Part shown: one piece after another, positions 43,337 to 51,884 of the stretch | How positions within the stretch are numbered: position 1 is the first letter of the stretch | Layout of the letters: each line of letters opens with the position of its first letter | Assembly: GCA_052388275.1 (NCBI GenBank) | Contig: JBQTII010000081.1 | Location: 1,353 to 65,352 of the forward strand | DNA length: 64,000 bases | From: Sporichthyaceae bacterium | GTDB taxonomy: Bacteria > Actinomycetota > Actinomycetes > Sporichthyales > Sporichthyaceae | Direction of reading: 5' to 3' | Program-made: the position numbers and the translations under genes | Notes under the pieces: model-generated | Databases searched by the model: none | The model's input: only the letters and a program-made list of their open reading frames with translations | What the model was told of the DNA's origin: nothing

Positions 43337-44787
43337 GCTCGGAGAACGCGCCCGAGGTGAGGCCCAGGAACCTGCGCCCTCGCCTGCTGGTGATCGCGGC
43401 ACTGCTGGCCCTCGGCGGTCAGGTCGCGTTCGAGGTCGCCGCGCTGAGCATGGGCGATCCGGGCCGAGAGGGCGCCTCGCGCATCCTGCTCCGCTACGCC
43501 GGGGCGGCGGTGGCGTTCGTCGCCGGGGCACTGGTGGTGCGCGCCCTGCCGGTGCGCACCTCCGTGGCGCTCAGCCTGGCCGGCGGCGCGCTGCTGCAGG
43601 TGATCGCGGTCGGCTACTCCCCCACCACCACGGACGATTTCTGGCGCTACCTGTGGGACGGCAAGGTCCAGGCCGCGGGGATCAATCCCTACCGCTACAC
43701 CCCGCTCGATCCCGCCCTGCTCGCCTTGCGTGAGGCCGAGTTGTTCCCCCCCGACACCCGCACACCGGAGCAGGCCGCGAGCGCCGTCGCCGAAAAGCGA
43801 ACCGACCCCTGCACCTCCCGTGGGGTGCCCCACGACTGCACACTGATCAACCGCCCGAACGTGAACACGATCTATCCACCGGTGGCCGAGGCCGCCTTTC
43901 TCGGCCTGCACCACCTTTCCCCCGCCGATCACCGCGTCCGCAGCCTGCAGATCGCGCTTGCGCTGGTGGCGCTCGCCGTCGCCTTGGCGCTGATGTGGGC
44001 GAGGCACCGCGCCGGCCGGGACCCTAGGGCCGCGGTGTGGTGGACCTGGTGCCCGGTGGTGTGGTTGGAGGCATCGAACAACGCCCACATTGACGTGCTC
44101 GCCGTGCTGCTGGTGGTCACGACGTTCGGGGTGCTCGCGGGGGCTGGCGGTGACCCAAGTCGGCGGCGGCTGGCCGCAGCGGGAGCCCTCTTCGGCGGCG
44201 CCGTGGCGGTGAAGTTCGTCCCCGTGCTGATCGCGCCGGCGCTGCTGATCCGCCGGGGTCACCTCCTGCTCGGGGCCGCCGCGGCCCTGTTCGCTCTCAG
44301 CTACCTCCCGCACGTCCTCGCCGTGGGCAGCGATGTGCTCGGGTACCTGCCCGGCTACCTCGACGAAGAGGGCTACTCCGGAGCCCAGCGCTTCGGGCTG
44401 GTGCGCCTGGTGGTTCCGGACCAGTTGGCTCCCGCGGCTGTGGTGGTGATCGGCGCGGGTCTCGCTGCGCTCGTCTGGCGCCAGGGGTGTTCGCACGTGT
44501 CGGCGCCAGACGCGCTTCTGCTCACCGGCACCGCCTTTCTCCTCGTCGGCCCGAGCCAACCCTGGTACGCCGTCCTGCTCGTGGCGCTGGTTGCCCTGGC
44601 GGACCGCCCGCAGTGGCTGGCCGTCGCGGCCGCGGGCTATCCCGTCTACCAGGCCGGACACCTGGGCGTGGACAACGCGCTGATGCAGCAGTGGGCCTAC
44701 GGCAGTGCCGCGGTGTTGGTCGTCCTCTTCGCCTGGGCTCGGCGGTCGGGAGCGGTGGAGCACCCGGAGAGATCAGAGGCCCTCTGA
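43333..44787 (+). CDS. GT87/DUF2029 family polyprenyl-phosphate-sugar-dependent glycosyltransferase (GT-C; Rv0541c/PimE-like)
   Basis: Many TM helices. First extracytoplasmic loop SPTTTDDFWRYLWDGKV...GINPY and VKF.P. Confidence 0.75.
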   Translation: MSSENAPEVRPRNLRPRLLVIAALLALGGQVAFEVAALSMGDPGREGASRILLRYAGAAVAFVAGALVVRALPVRTSVALSLAGGALLQVIAVGYSPTTTDDFWRYLWDGKVQAAGINPYRYTPLDPALLALREAELFPPDTRTPEQAASAVAEKRTDPCTSRGVPHDCTLINRPNVNTIYPPVAEAAFLGLHHLSPADHRVRSLQIALALVALAVALALMWARHRAGRDPRAAVWWTWCPVVWLEASNNAHIDVLAVLLVVTTFGVLAGAGGDPSRRRLAAAGALFGGAVAVKFVPVLIAPALLIRRGHLLLGAAAALFALSYLPHVLAVGSDVLGYLPGYLDEEGYSGAQRFGLVRLVVPDQLAPAAVVVIGAGLAALVWRQGCSHVSAPDALLLTGTAFLLVGPSQPWYAVLLVALVALADRPQWLAVAAAGYPVYQAGHLGVDNALMQQWAYGSAAVLVVLFAWARRSGAVEHPERSEAL

Positions 44788-44986
44788 ATGGCCTAGCACA
44801 ACTGGATCTCAAAGTACAAGGACGGTTTAGCCCGCTCGTGCGTCTCACCGAATTCGTCGCGTTGCGGTGCTGCGAGCTTGGAACGCGGTCAAAGAGCGGC
44901 ATTTAGCGGCCGATACACCGAGCAAGGCCGAACGACGGTTGACGTCACGCGCGTACAGCTTCTTGTCCGACATCTCTGGGGGGTCC

Positions 44987-46336
44987 ATGAGAATCAGTTT
45001 CACCATGCAGGTCAGCGCAATCTTGATTGGCGTGAGTGTGTCCGGCCTGGCCGGCCTCTCCCAAGCCTCGGGGGCGTTACAGGCCTCGGCGGACGGCTGC
45101 CGCGTCGACGATGGCCGGGCATTGGCCGAGTTTGCAGAACGGGACAACACAACTGAAATCTTCCAGCATGAGCGCTGGCTGCTCTCCGACGGCGCCCAAG
45201 AGAACAAGCGTTCCGTCGATGCGGCCATTGCACAACGCTTCGGTGACAACACCAAGTCGGAGTTGCACAGGACCCTCGCGGCAGGTCTGATTGGGGTTGG
45301 CCCTGATCACCGGGCTCAGCAGTTGGTGGTTCTAGTCGACCCAAAGAAGGTCAACGTGGCCGAACTGCAGACGGAGTTGCGCACCCGTGCTTCCAATGCG
45401 TCGCGCTCGCGCCCAGAGAACGGTCCCCCCATCGGTATCAGAGTGCAGGCCGGATGCCATGGCAGCGACGAATTGATCAAGGCTGACCAGATCATCGCCG
45501 AGAGGGCCTGGCACCCGCGTGCAGGCACCACCGCCCTCTTCAGCATGGTCGACGCGACTACGTCCACCGTAAAGGTGAGCTTCAACATGAGTGACCGCGA
45601 GGCCGCGGAGGCCCTTCAAGCAACACTAGGACCTGTCGTGACAGTCGAACTCAACGGCGGCGGAGTACGAGACAAGATCCGAACCAACGACACATGGAGC
45701 AGTTCGGTCGGACATTGGGGCGGCGCAGAGATTACGAATGGAAACGTCGCCTGCACGTCCGGATTCGCTGTGGACACGCCCACCGCTGGGAAAGCGTTTG
45801 TGACCGCTGGGCACTGCTTCGACAACGGCGAGGCCATCAGCTCAGGTTCGAGCTCGTACGGAACCGCTCAAGGAGAATACGACTTTCCGGTGTACGACAT
45901 GATACTCCTCAACGGCAACATCAACTACGACGACGACATTTACCACACCACGGATCCCAACGCTAATGAAACCTCGCCGATTGACGTCACGGGCCACGCG
46001 AACGGCAGCGCAGGTGAAGGCGTGTGTATCAGCGGCCAGAATACGGGGCGGCGCTGCGGTGCGACAATCGTCGACCCGAGCGGGGGCCGAGTCTGTGATT
46101 CCGCCCGCTGTACATCCGGCCTCGTCGTGATCCAGAAGATCGGTGACCAGATTTGTCAACCCGGCGACTCCGGAGCCCCTTACTACAGGAGAAATTCCGA
46201 CGACACCCAGGCCTCCATCCGGGGCTTGCATGTCGGCAGGCCAACTGGCTACACCTTCAGCGGGCAGACGTGTGCGGGCGAACGCCCATCCAGTGTGGAG
46301 AGCCACCTCGACGTGGAGATCGCGAGCTCGCCTTGA
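44987..46336 (+). CDS. Secreted S1 (alpha-lytic protease/streptogrisin-type) serine protease precursor
   Basis: Signal peptide, then a ~230-aa pro-region. Catalytic His in TAGHC, Asp in YDMILL, Ser in GDSGAP. Paired cysteines. Lies in a low-GC stretch. Confidence 0.85.
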   Translation: MRISFTMQVSAILIGVSVSGLAGLSQASGALQASADGCRVDDGRALAEFAERDNTTEIFQHERWLLSDGAQENKRSVDAAIAQRFGDNTKSELHRTLAAGLIGVGPDHRAQQLVVLVDPKKVNVAELQTELRTRASNASRSRPENGPPIGIRVQAGCHGSDELIKADQIIAERAWHPRAGTTALFSMVDATTSTVKVSFNMSDREAAEALQATLGPVVTVELNGGGVRDKIRTNDTWSSSVGHWGGAEITNGNVACTSGFAVDTPTAGKAFVTAGHCFDNGEAISSGSSSYGTAQGEYDFPVYDMILLNGNINYDDDIYHTTDPNANETSPIDVTGHANGSAGEGVCISGQNTGRRCGATIVDPSGGRVCDSARCTSGLVVIQKIGDQICQPGDSGAPYYRRNSDDTQASIRGLHVGRPTGYTFSGQTCAGERPSSVESHLDVEIASSP

Positions 46337-46693
46337 CCGCCGCCCGCGACTGCCTCTCGTGCCTGCCTCCAGGGCAACCTGAGAAGAGGCACCACCGAGG
46401 CACCCTGCTGTTCTCGCGCCCCGGCGGAGTGCGGGTTCGGCTGGGCGCTGTGCTGCAAAGTTGCCTATCGTTGAACGACCAGTGCCGAGTCAGACCGTGT
46501 GTTCTTGGCCCAGATGCAGCCCTGATGGATATCCGCGGCAGCGTCGACGCCGACAGTAGGGAGCGAATAAGTGAATGCCACTAACGGCTTTCCGGATTCT
46601 CGGCTGGGCGCAACTCCAGCGAACTACGGCTCCTGGCCGCTATGGCCAAGAGGTTGGCTGCAGTCTGGTCGGCGGTCTCGGCAGCGCAAGCGT

Positions 46694-47377
46694 GTGCATC
46701 GCGTTGGAAGTGCATTCGGGGTCCTGACTGTCGTCGCGCTGGCGCTCACGGCCTGCGGCACTCTTGCTTCCGATTCATCCAAGAATCAATCGTCGGCTCT
46801 GGTTACGGAACTCGAGGGGCGCATGCCTCGCTGCGCAATACCCGCGCTGCGCTCGCCCGAGGACCAGCGGTGGGTCACATCGGGCGCTCCTCAACAGGTC
46901 CTCGCCCAGACCGAGAAGGTGCTGAGCAATGAAGTGGGTGTCGCCACCAAGGAGGATCCTCACGTAAGGCTGAGGAATGGATTGATAGGCGTAACACCAG
47001 ATCCGATGGACAGAGAAATCGTCGTTGTCGTTGATCCTGAGGTCATTGATATGAAGCGGCTTGAAAAGGACCTGCAAGACCAGCTTGGTTCGTCAGGTCC
47101 TCCAGTCGTCGTGCAAGAAGGATGTCACAGTGCGGCAGAACTAGTGCATGCGTCACAAATCATTGCGGAGGGTCGCTGGATTCCAAATTCGGCCGAAATA
47201 TCTTATGGTTCCTATCTGGACGCCGGCAGTGCACAATACCGCTTAACGATCTCTGACAGCGGTGAGGGTAAGTCTGCCGGACGGTCGCTTAAAGAAGAAC
47301 TCGGTGACTTGGTGGCTATTTCATATGGCGACGTAGGGCGCGATGTAGAGCGCCGGCCCGCTAACAAGTCACCCTAA
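46694..47377 (+). CDS. Lipoprotein homologous to the pro-domain of the adjacent S1 protease (no protease domain)
   Basis: Lipobox LALTAC. GLIGVTPDPMDREIVVVVDPEVIDMKRLEKDL and VVVQEGCHSAAELVHASQIIAEGRWIP align with GLIGVGPDHRAQQLVVLVDPKKVNVAELQTEL and IRVQAGCHGSDELIKADQIIAERAWHP of the protease. The start is uncertain (ORF is open from 46571). Confidence 0.7.
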   Translation: MHRVGSAFGVLTVVALALTACGTLASDSSKNQSSALVTELEGRMPRCAIPALRSPEDQRWVTSGAPQQVLAQTEKVLSNEVGVATKEDPHVRLRNGLIGVTPDPMDREIVVVVDPEVIDMKRLEKDLQDQLGSSGPPVVVQEGCHSAAELVHASQIIAEGRWIPNSAEISYGSYLDAGSAQYRLTISDSGEGKSAGRSLKEELGDLVAISYGDVGRDVERRPANKSP

Positions 47378-47456
47378 GATTGCACATCGCTCGATGGCCC
47401 TGCAGTTCGCATGCGGCTCGACCGGCAGAAAATGACGATCGCCGCCGGATCGGGGA

Positions 47457-49760
47457 CTACCCCGCGGCGCCGCCCGGCGCCCGGGTCCCATTGACCGTCA
47501 GCGTGTACTGCGGCGAGCTCAGCAGTGAGCCGCCCAGGTCCACGGCACTGATGATCGCGACGAGCACCGGGTAGGGGCGCAGGGCGCGCCGCTGCGCTGC
47601 CGTCAGGCGCATGGAGTACGTGCCGGTGAAGCGCAGCACGTGGGCCCGGCCCTGGCCGGTGTCCAGGCCGACGATGGTCACCGTCCAGGGGCGCACCTTG
47701 ATCGGGCTGACGGCGGCGTAGGGCCGCAGGCCGTCCAACGAACTGCCGTCGCTGATCAGCCGGTCGCCAACTCGGACGTCGTCGACGTACCAGCCGCCGT
47801 TGTTGACGGCCGCGTCGGCCACGTGGCGGAAGCCCAGCAGCACCTTCTTTCCGGCGAACGCGCTCAGGTCGAACGACATCGGGACCGGAACTCCCGAGGT
47901 GCCGGTGAGTCCGTGTCCCGACGGCGCGGGTGCGGCCGCCTTCGTGGTCGCCGCGTTGCTCAGGGTCTGGAAGGACGCTCCGCCGTCGCTGGAGATGACC
48001 GTGTAGCCGTAGTCCAACCCCGGCTCGAGGTGATGCAGACTCAGATAACGCAGGACCGGATCAGCGCGCGGCACGGTGAGTGTGAACACGGCGGTGGAGT
48101 CGAGGCGGGGGGTATCGCCCGAGAACAGCGCCGGGTTGTCCAATGCCCCAGCCGGCAGCGCGGATGCCCCAGGGTCCGGGGTCAGCGGCATCCGCGGCGC
48201 CACCGACCACGGGATCGGGATCGGGGCGAGGGTGCGCGCGCCGGTGAACTGCAGCTCCGCCAGCTCGGTGCCCACCAGCGGGCGGGTGCCGCCGGCGCGC
48301 AGTTGCACGTAGTCGGCGCCGTTGGGCGCGACGCCCGGCGCGGCATACGCGGCCGGGTTGTCCAGGTTCAGGGCGAAGTTCAGGCTCGGCGTGCTCACCC
48401 GCTTCTTGGCGATTCCGGTGATGGTGGCGTCCCGAGCACCCACCACCTTGTCCACGAGCAGCATCACCTGGAAGTCGTGGAGGATCTCGGTGAGGGGGTC
48501 CTTGACCCCGCCCGCGCGCAGCGCGGCCCGCACTGCGTCCAAGCCGCGGGTCTTGCCGTCGCGGTGGAGTCGCGACAGCACGGCCTCGCCGTAGCGATCG
48601 CGCAGGAACAGCAAGAACGCCCAGGCGACGCCGTAGTCGGCGAGGATCTGCGCGCCGTTGCCCTCGTCTCCCCAGAGCGTCAGCGAGTTCTGCGGGCCGC
48701 CGCAGTCCCGTGGGTTGGGGTTGAAGGGAGTCCGCACGGTGCCGAAGCCCGCAAAGCACACGATGTGGCTCTCGAAGGCCCGCTGGAACACCGACCGCTG
48801 CGGATCGCCGTACCCGGTGACGGTCAGCGCATAGTCCGAGAGCCCCTCGTTGAGCCAGATCGATTCGCCGGGATCGGTGTAGTACTGGAGCAGGTGCTGG
48901 TACTCGTGGGCGAAGATCCCCTCGTAGAGCTCGGGACGCGCGGGGCGAGAGCGGCACAGGTCGGCGTCGGGTTCGTCCGCGGGGTTCACCCCGGTGCGGT
49001 GCGCCCAGTCGTAGGCATCGATCGTCATCACATTGCGGTCGGTGAGTTCGTTGAACTGACGGGAGAAGAACCCCGCGATGTAGGTCTGGTTGCGCGGGAA
49101 GTCGTAGAAGTTCGGGTCGCGGACGTTGTCGACGAGCGTGACGACCTTGTCACCGTCACCGGTGAAGTTCAGGCCGGCGGTGATCCCGCGCTCCGCGCTG
49201 CGGGCTCCATCACGCGCCGGGGCGACCGAGAAGGCCTTGGACAGCTTCGGCAGCATGTTGGTGTCGTAGGCGCGTACCAGCGAACTCACCTGAGCATCCG
49301 TCACCGTCGTGGAGTCGGCTATGACCTTGCGGCAGTCGGTAGCCGGAAAGTCCGTGCCGACCACCCCGCCGGGTCCGATCCCGCTGGCCACCCAGACCTC
49401 GATGCCCTTCCCGACCCCGCGCAGGGTGTACTCCTTGAGGTACACCTGATCGGCGACGTCATCAAGGGAGAGCCAGAGCCGGGTGGTGCCCACCGCGGGC
49501 GTTTTCGCCGCCGCGGCGGTGGGCCTCGCGAACTGGGCCGCCCCCGCGGGGGTGCGCTTCCATGCGGCGAGGATCGCGCCGGTGTCGGGAGCGAGCGGGT
49601 AATGCGCGGCCTCGGACAGGTGCTCGACGTCGGAGATCAGATCCGCGACCGCCGCGGGCGCGTTCGCGCGTTGGGCAACCGTGGCCGCTCCGCTCGCGCC
49701 CGCCGCCGCGGCGAGCAGGATCAGCGCGCCGCCGCCGGCCACCAAGCGCATCCCGAGCAC
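47457..49760 (-). CDS. Secreted M6-family metalloprotease (immune inhibitor A-like)
   Basis: Signal peptide. Zinc motif FAHEYQHLL (HExxH). Size and C-terminal beta-rich domains are consistent with InhA-type peptidases. Confidence 0.8.
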   Translation of the reverse strand: MLGMRLVAGGGALILLAAAAGASGAATVAQRANAPAAVADLISDVEHLSEAAHYPLAPDTGAILAAWKRTPAGAAQFARPTAAAAKTPAVGTTRLWLSLDDVADQVYLKEYTLRGVGKGIEVWVASGIGPGGVVGTDFPATDCRKVIADSTTVTDAQVSSLVRAYDTNMLPKLSKAFSVAPARDGARSAERGITAGLNFTGDGDKVVTLVDNVRDPNFYDFPRNQTYIAGFFSRQFNELTDRNVMTIDAYDWAHRTGVNPADEPDADLCRSRPARPELYEGIFAHEYQHLLQYYTDPGESIWLNEGLSDYALTVTGYGDPQRSVFQRAFESHIVCFAGFGTVRTPFNPNPRDCGGPQNSLTLWGDEGNGAQILADYGVAWAFLLFLRDRYGEAVLSRLHRDGKTRGLDAVRAALRAGGVKDPLTEILHDFQVMLLVDKVVGARDATITGIAKKRVSTPSLNFALNLDNPAAYAAPGVAPNGADYVQLRAGGTRPLVGTELAELQFTGARTLAPIPIPWSVAPRMPLTPDPGASALPAGALDNPALFSGDTPRLDSTAVFTLTVPRADPVLRYLSLHHLEPGLDYGYTVISSDGGASFQTLSNAATTKAAAPAPSGHGLTGTSGVPVPMSFDLSAFAGKKVLLGFRHVADAAVNNGGWYVDDVRVGDRLISDGSSLDGLRPYAAVSPIKVRPWTVTIVGLDTGQGRAHVLRFTGTYSMRLTAAQRRALRPYPVLVAIISAVDLGGSLLSSPQYTLTVNGTRAPGGAAG

Positions 49761-49763
49761 GCC

Positions 49764-50879
49764 TCAAACCTCCAGCACGACCAGCTCGCGGGGCCGGTGA
49801 TTTACCCGTTCACCACCGGATTCGGTGCAGATGACGATGTCCTCAATGCGTGCGCCGTGCCGACCCGGCAGGTAGATGCCCGGCTCGACGGAGAACGCCA
49901 TGCCCACCTCCAGCGCCTCGGTGTTCCCCTCGACGATGTAGGGGTGCTCGTGACCTTCCAGCCCGATGCCGTGGCCTGTTCGGTGCACGAAGAACTCGCC
50001 GTACCCGGCATCGTCGATGACGTCGCGAGCGACCCGGTCCAGACTTTCCGCGCTCATGCCCGGCGTGACGGCCTCGCAGGCGGCGATCTGGGCCGTGAGT
50101 AGCACGTCGTAATAGCGCAAGAACTCCGCATCGGGGGTGCCCAGGGAGTACATCCGGGTCTCGTCCGAGCAGTACCCGTCCTCGGTGGTGCCGCCGATGT
50201 CGACGACGACCGCGTCGCCGGCCTCGATCACCCGGTCCGAGAGATCGTGATGCGGGCTCGCGCCATTCGGGCCGGAGCCGACGATCACGAAATCCGCGCG
50301 CACGTGGCCTTCCGCCACGATCGCCTCCGCGATGTCCCGGCCGACCGCGCGTTCGGTGCGCCCGACCCGCAGCCACTCCCCCATTCGGGCGTGCACCCGG
50401 TCGATCGCGGCACCGGCATCGCGCAGCGCCTGGATCTCCGCCGCGCTCTTGCGGATCCGCAACTCGCGCAGCACCGGCCCGGCTAGGGCCTGGCCCACCC
50501 CAGGGATGCCGTCGCGCAACCGCAGGACCTTCTCGGCCCACATGTGATCGTCGACCCCGTAGCGGCGGGCACCGGGGGGCAGCAGGCTGCGCACGAGCGC
50601 GATGGGGTCCTCGGTCTCCTGCCAGTGCGCGATCGTCAGGCCGAGTGTGCTGACCCCGGCCGCCTCGGCCGCGGGACGCTCCAGGAACGGCACCACCAAG
50701 ACCGGTTCGCCGCCGGCCGCCAGCACGAGGGCGGTCAACCGCTCCAGCGGCTTGGCGACGTAACCGGTGAGGTAACGCAGGTCCGGGCCGGGTGTGATCA
50801 CGATGGCGTCCAAACCGGCTTCGGCACTCGCGGCGGCGGCCCGATGCAGGCGGGCAATGAAGTCGGCGGCAGCGGGCAT
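49764..50879 (-). CDS. M24-family Xaa-Pro peptidase
   Basis: DIGG...GY.SD.TR, HRTGHGIGLE.HE, FSVEPG.Y....GARIED. ATG at 50879; the upstream ORF extension is non-coding-like. Confidence 0.88.
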   Translation of the reverse strand: MPAAADFIARLHRAAAASAEAGLDAIVITPGPDLRYLTGYVAKPLERLTALVLAAGGEPVLVVPFLERPAAEAAGVSTLGLTIAHWQETEDPIALVRSLLPPGARRYGVDDHMWAEKVLRLRDGIPGVGQALAGPVLRELRIRKSAAEIQALRDAGAAIDRVHARMGEWLRVGRTERAVGRDIAEAIVAEGHVRADFVIVGSGPNGASPHHDLSDRVIEAGDAVVVDIGGTTEDGYCSDETRMYSLGTPDAEFLRYYDVLLTAQIAACEAVTPGMSAESLDRVARDVIDDAGYGEFFVHRTGHGIGLEGHEHPYIVEGNTEALEVGMAFSVEPGIYLPGRHGARIEDIVICTESGGERVNHRPRELVVLEV

Positions 50880-50913
50880 GCCCCGATCCTGCCATCTGGC
50901 AGGCTGTCCTGCC

Positions 50914-51840
50914 GTGTCCCGCCTGATGCTGCTCGATGCCCCGTCGATGTACTTCCGTGCCTTCTTCGGTGTTCCGGACACCGTGAGCGCCCCGGACGGC
51001 TCGCCGGTGAACGCGGTGCGGGGATTCCTGGACTTCGTCTCGACGCTGGTGACCCAGCGCCGGCCCACCGACCTGATTGCCTGCTTCGATGCCGACTGGC
51101 GGCCCCAGTTCCGAGTCGACGCGCTGCCGTCGTACAAGGCGCACCGGGTACTCACCGAGGCTCCGGGCGGCCAGGTGGACACCGAGGAGGTCCCCGACCT
51201 GCTCAGCCCACAGGTCCCCGTCATCTACGCCGTCCTGGACGCACTCGGGATCGCCCGCGCCGAGGCGGTCGGGTTCGAGGCTGACGACATCATCGGCACG
51301 CTGGCCACCACGGCCCCGGGGGAGGTCGACATCGTCACCGGCGACCGCGACCTGTTCCAACTCGTCGAGGACACCCGCGGGGTACGGGTGCTCTACATCG
51401 CCAAGGGCATTCGCAACCTCGAGGTCATCGACGAGGCCGCAGTCAACGCCAAGTACGCCATCCCCGGCCGCGCCTACGCGGCGTTCGCCACGCTACGCGG
51501 GGACGCCTCCGACGGCCTGCCCGGCGTTCGGGGGGTCGGCGACAAGACCGCGGCCGCCCTGGTCACCAGCTACGGCGACCTCCAGAGCATTGCCAGGGCC
51601 GCCCTCGATCCCGGCTCGGGGATTTCACCGGCGGTTCGCCGCAAACTCATCGCGGCCACCGACTATCTGGCGCTCGCACCAGCCGTCGTCAACGTCGTGC
51701 GCGACATCGCGCTGCCTGCCCTCGACTGTGCGCTGCCGGCGGCGGCAAGAGAACCCGAGGCCCTGCTGGCGTTGTCCGAGCGGTGGGGCCTCGAATCCCC
51801 GCTCAACCGGCTCCTGAACGTGCTGGCGGCGCCTCGCTGA
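50914..51840 (+). CDS. 5'-3' exonuclease (Pol I N-terminal domain-like / FEN family)
   Basis: MLLDAPSMYFRAFFG, YKAHR, EADD.IGTLA, TGDRDL.QLV, GDASDGLPGV.GVG.KTAA.L. The start is GTG at 50914 or ATG at 50926. Confidence 0.88.
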   Translation: MSRLMLLDAPSMYFRAFFGVPDTVSAPDGSPVNAVRGFLDFVSTLVTQRRPTDLIACFDADWRPQFRVDALPSYKAHRVLTEAPGGQVDTEEVPDLLSPQVPVIYAVLDALGIARAEAVGFEADDIIGTLATTAPGEVDIVTGDRDLFQLVEDTRGVRVLYIAKGIRNLEVIDEAAVNAKYAIPGRAYAAFATLRGDASDGLPGVRGVGDKTAAALVTSYGDLQSIARAALDPGSGISPAVRRKLIAATDYLALAPAVVNVVRDIALPALDCALPAAAREPEALLALSERWGLESPLNRLLNVLAAPR

Positions 51841-51884
51841 CCTGTAGCGCGGCGACGTCGACCCCCGATCGACAGCGGTCGCGG

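Noticed and set aside
44800-47456. The low-GC pocket as a prophage, IS or integrative element.
   Set aside because: No integrase, transposase, tRNA target or flanking direct/inverted repeats could be found by eye. I kept it only as a compositionally atypical (possibly horizontally acquired) pocket.
50888-50903. CCTGCCA-TC-TGGCAGG inverted repeat in the 34-bp spacer between the M24 peptidase and 5'-3' exonuclease starts.
   Set aside because: It is real but short (7-bp arms). It has no supporting context and could arise by chance in GC-rich DNA. It is noted but not promoted to a finding.
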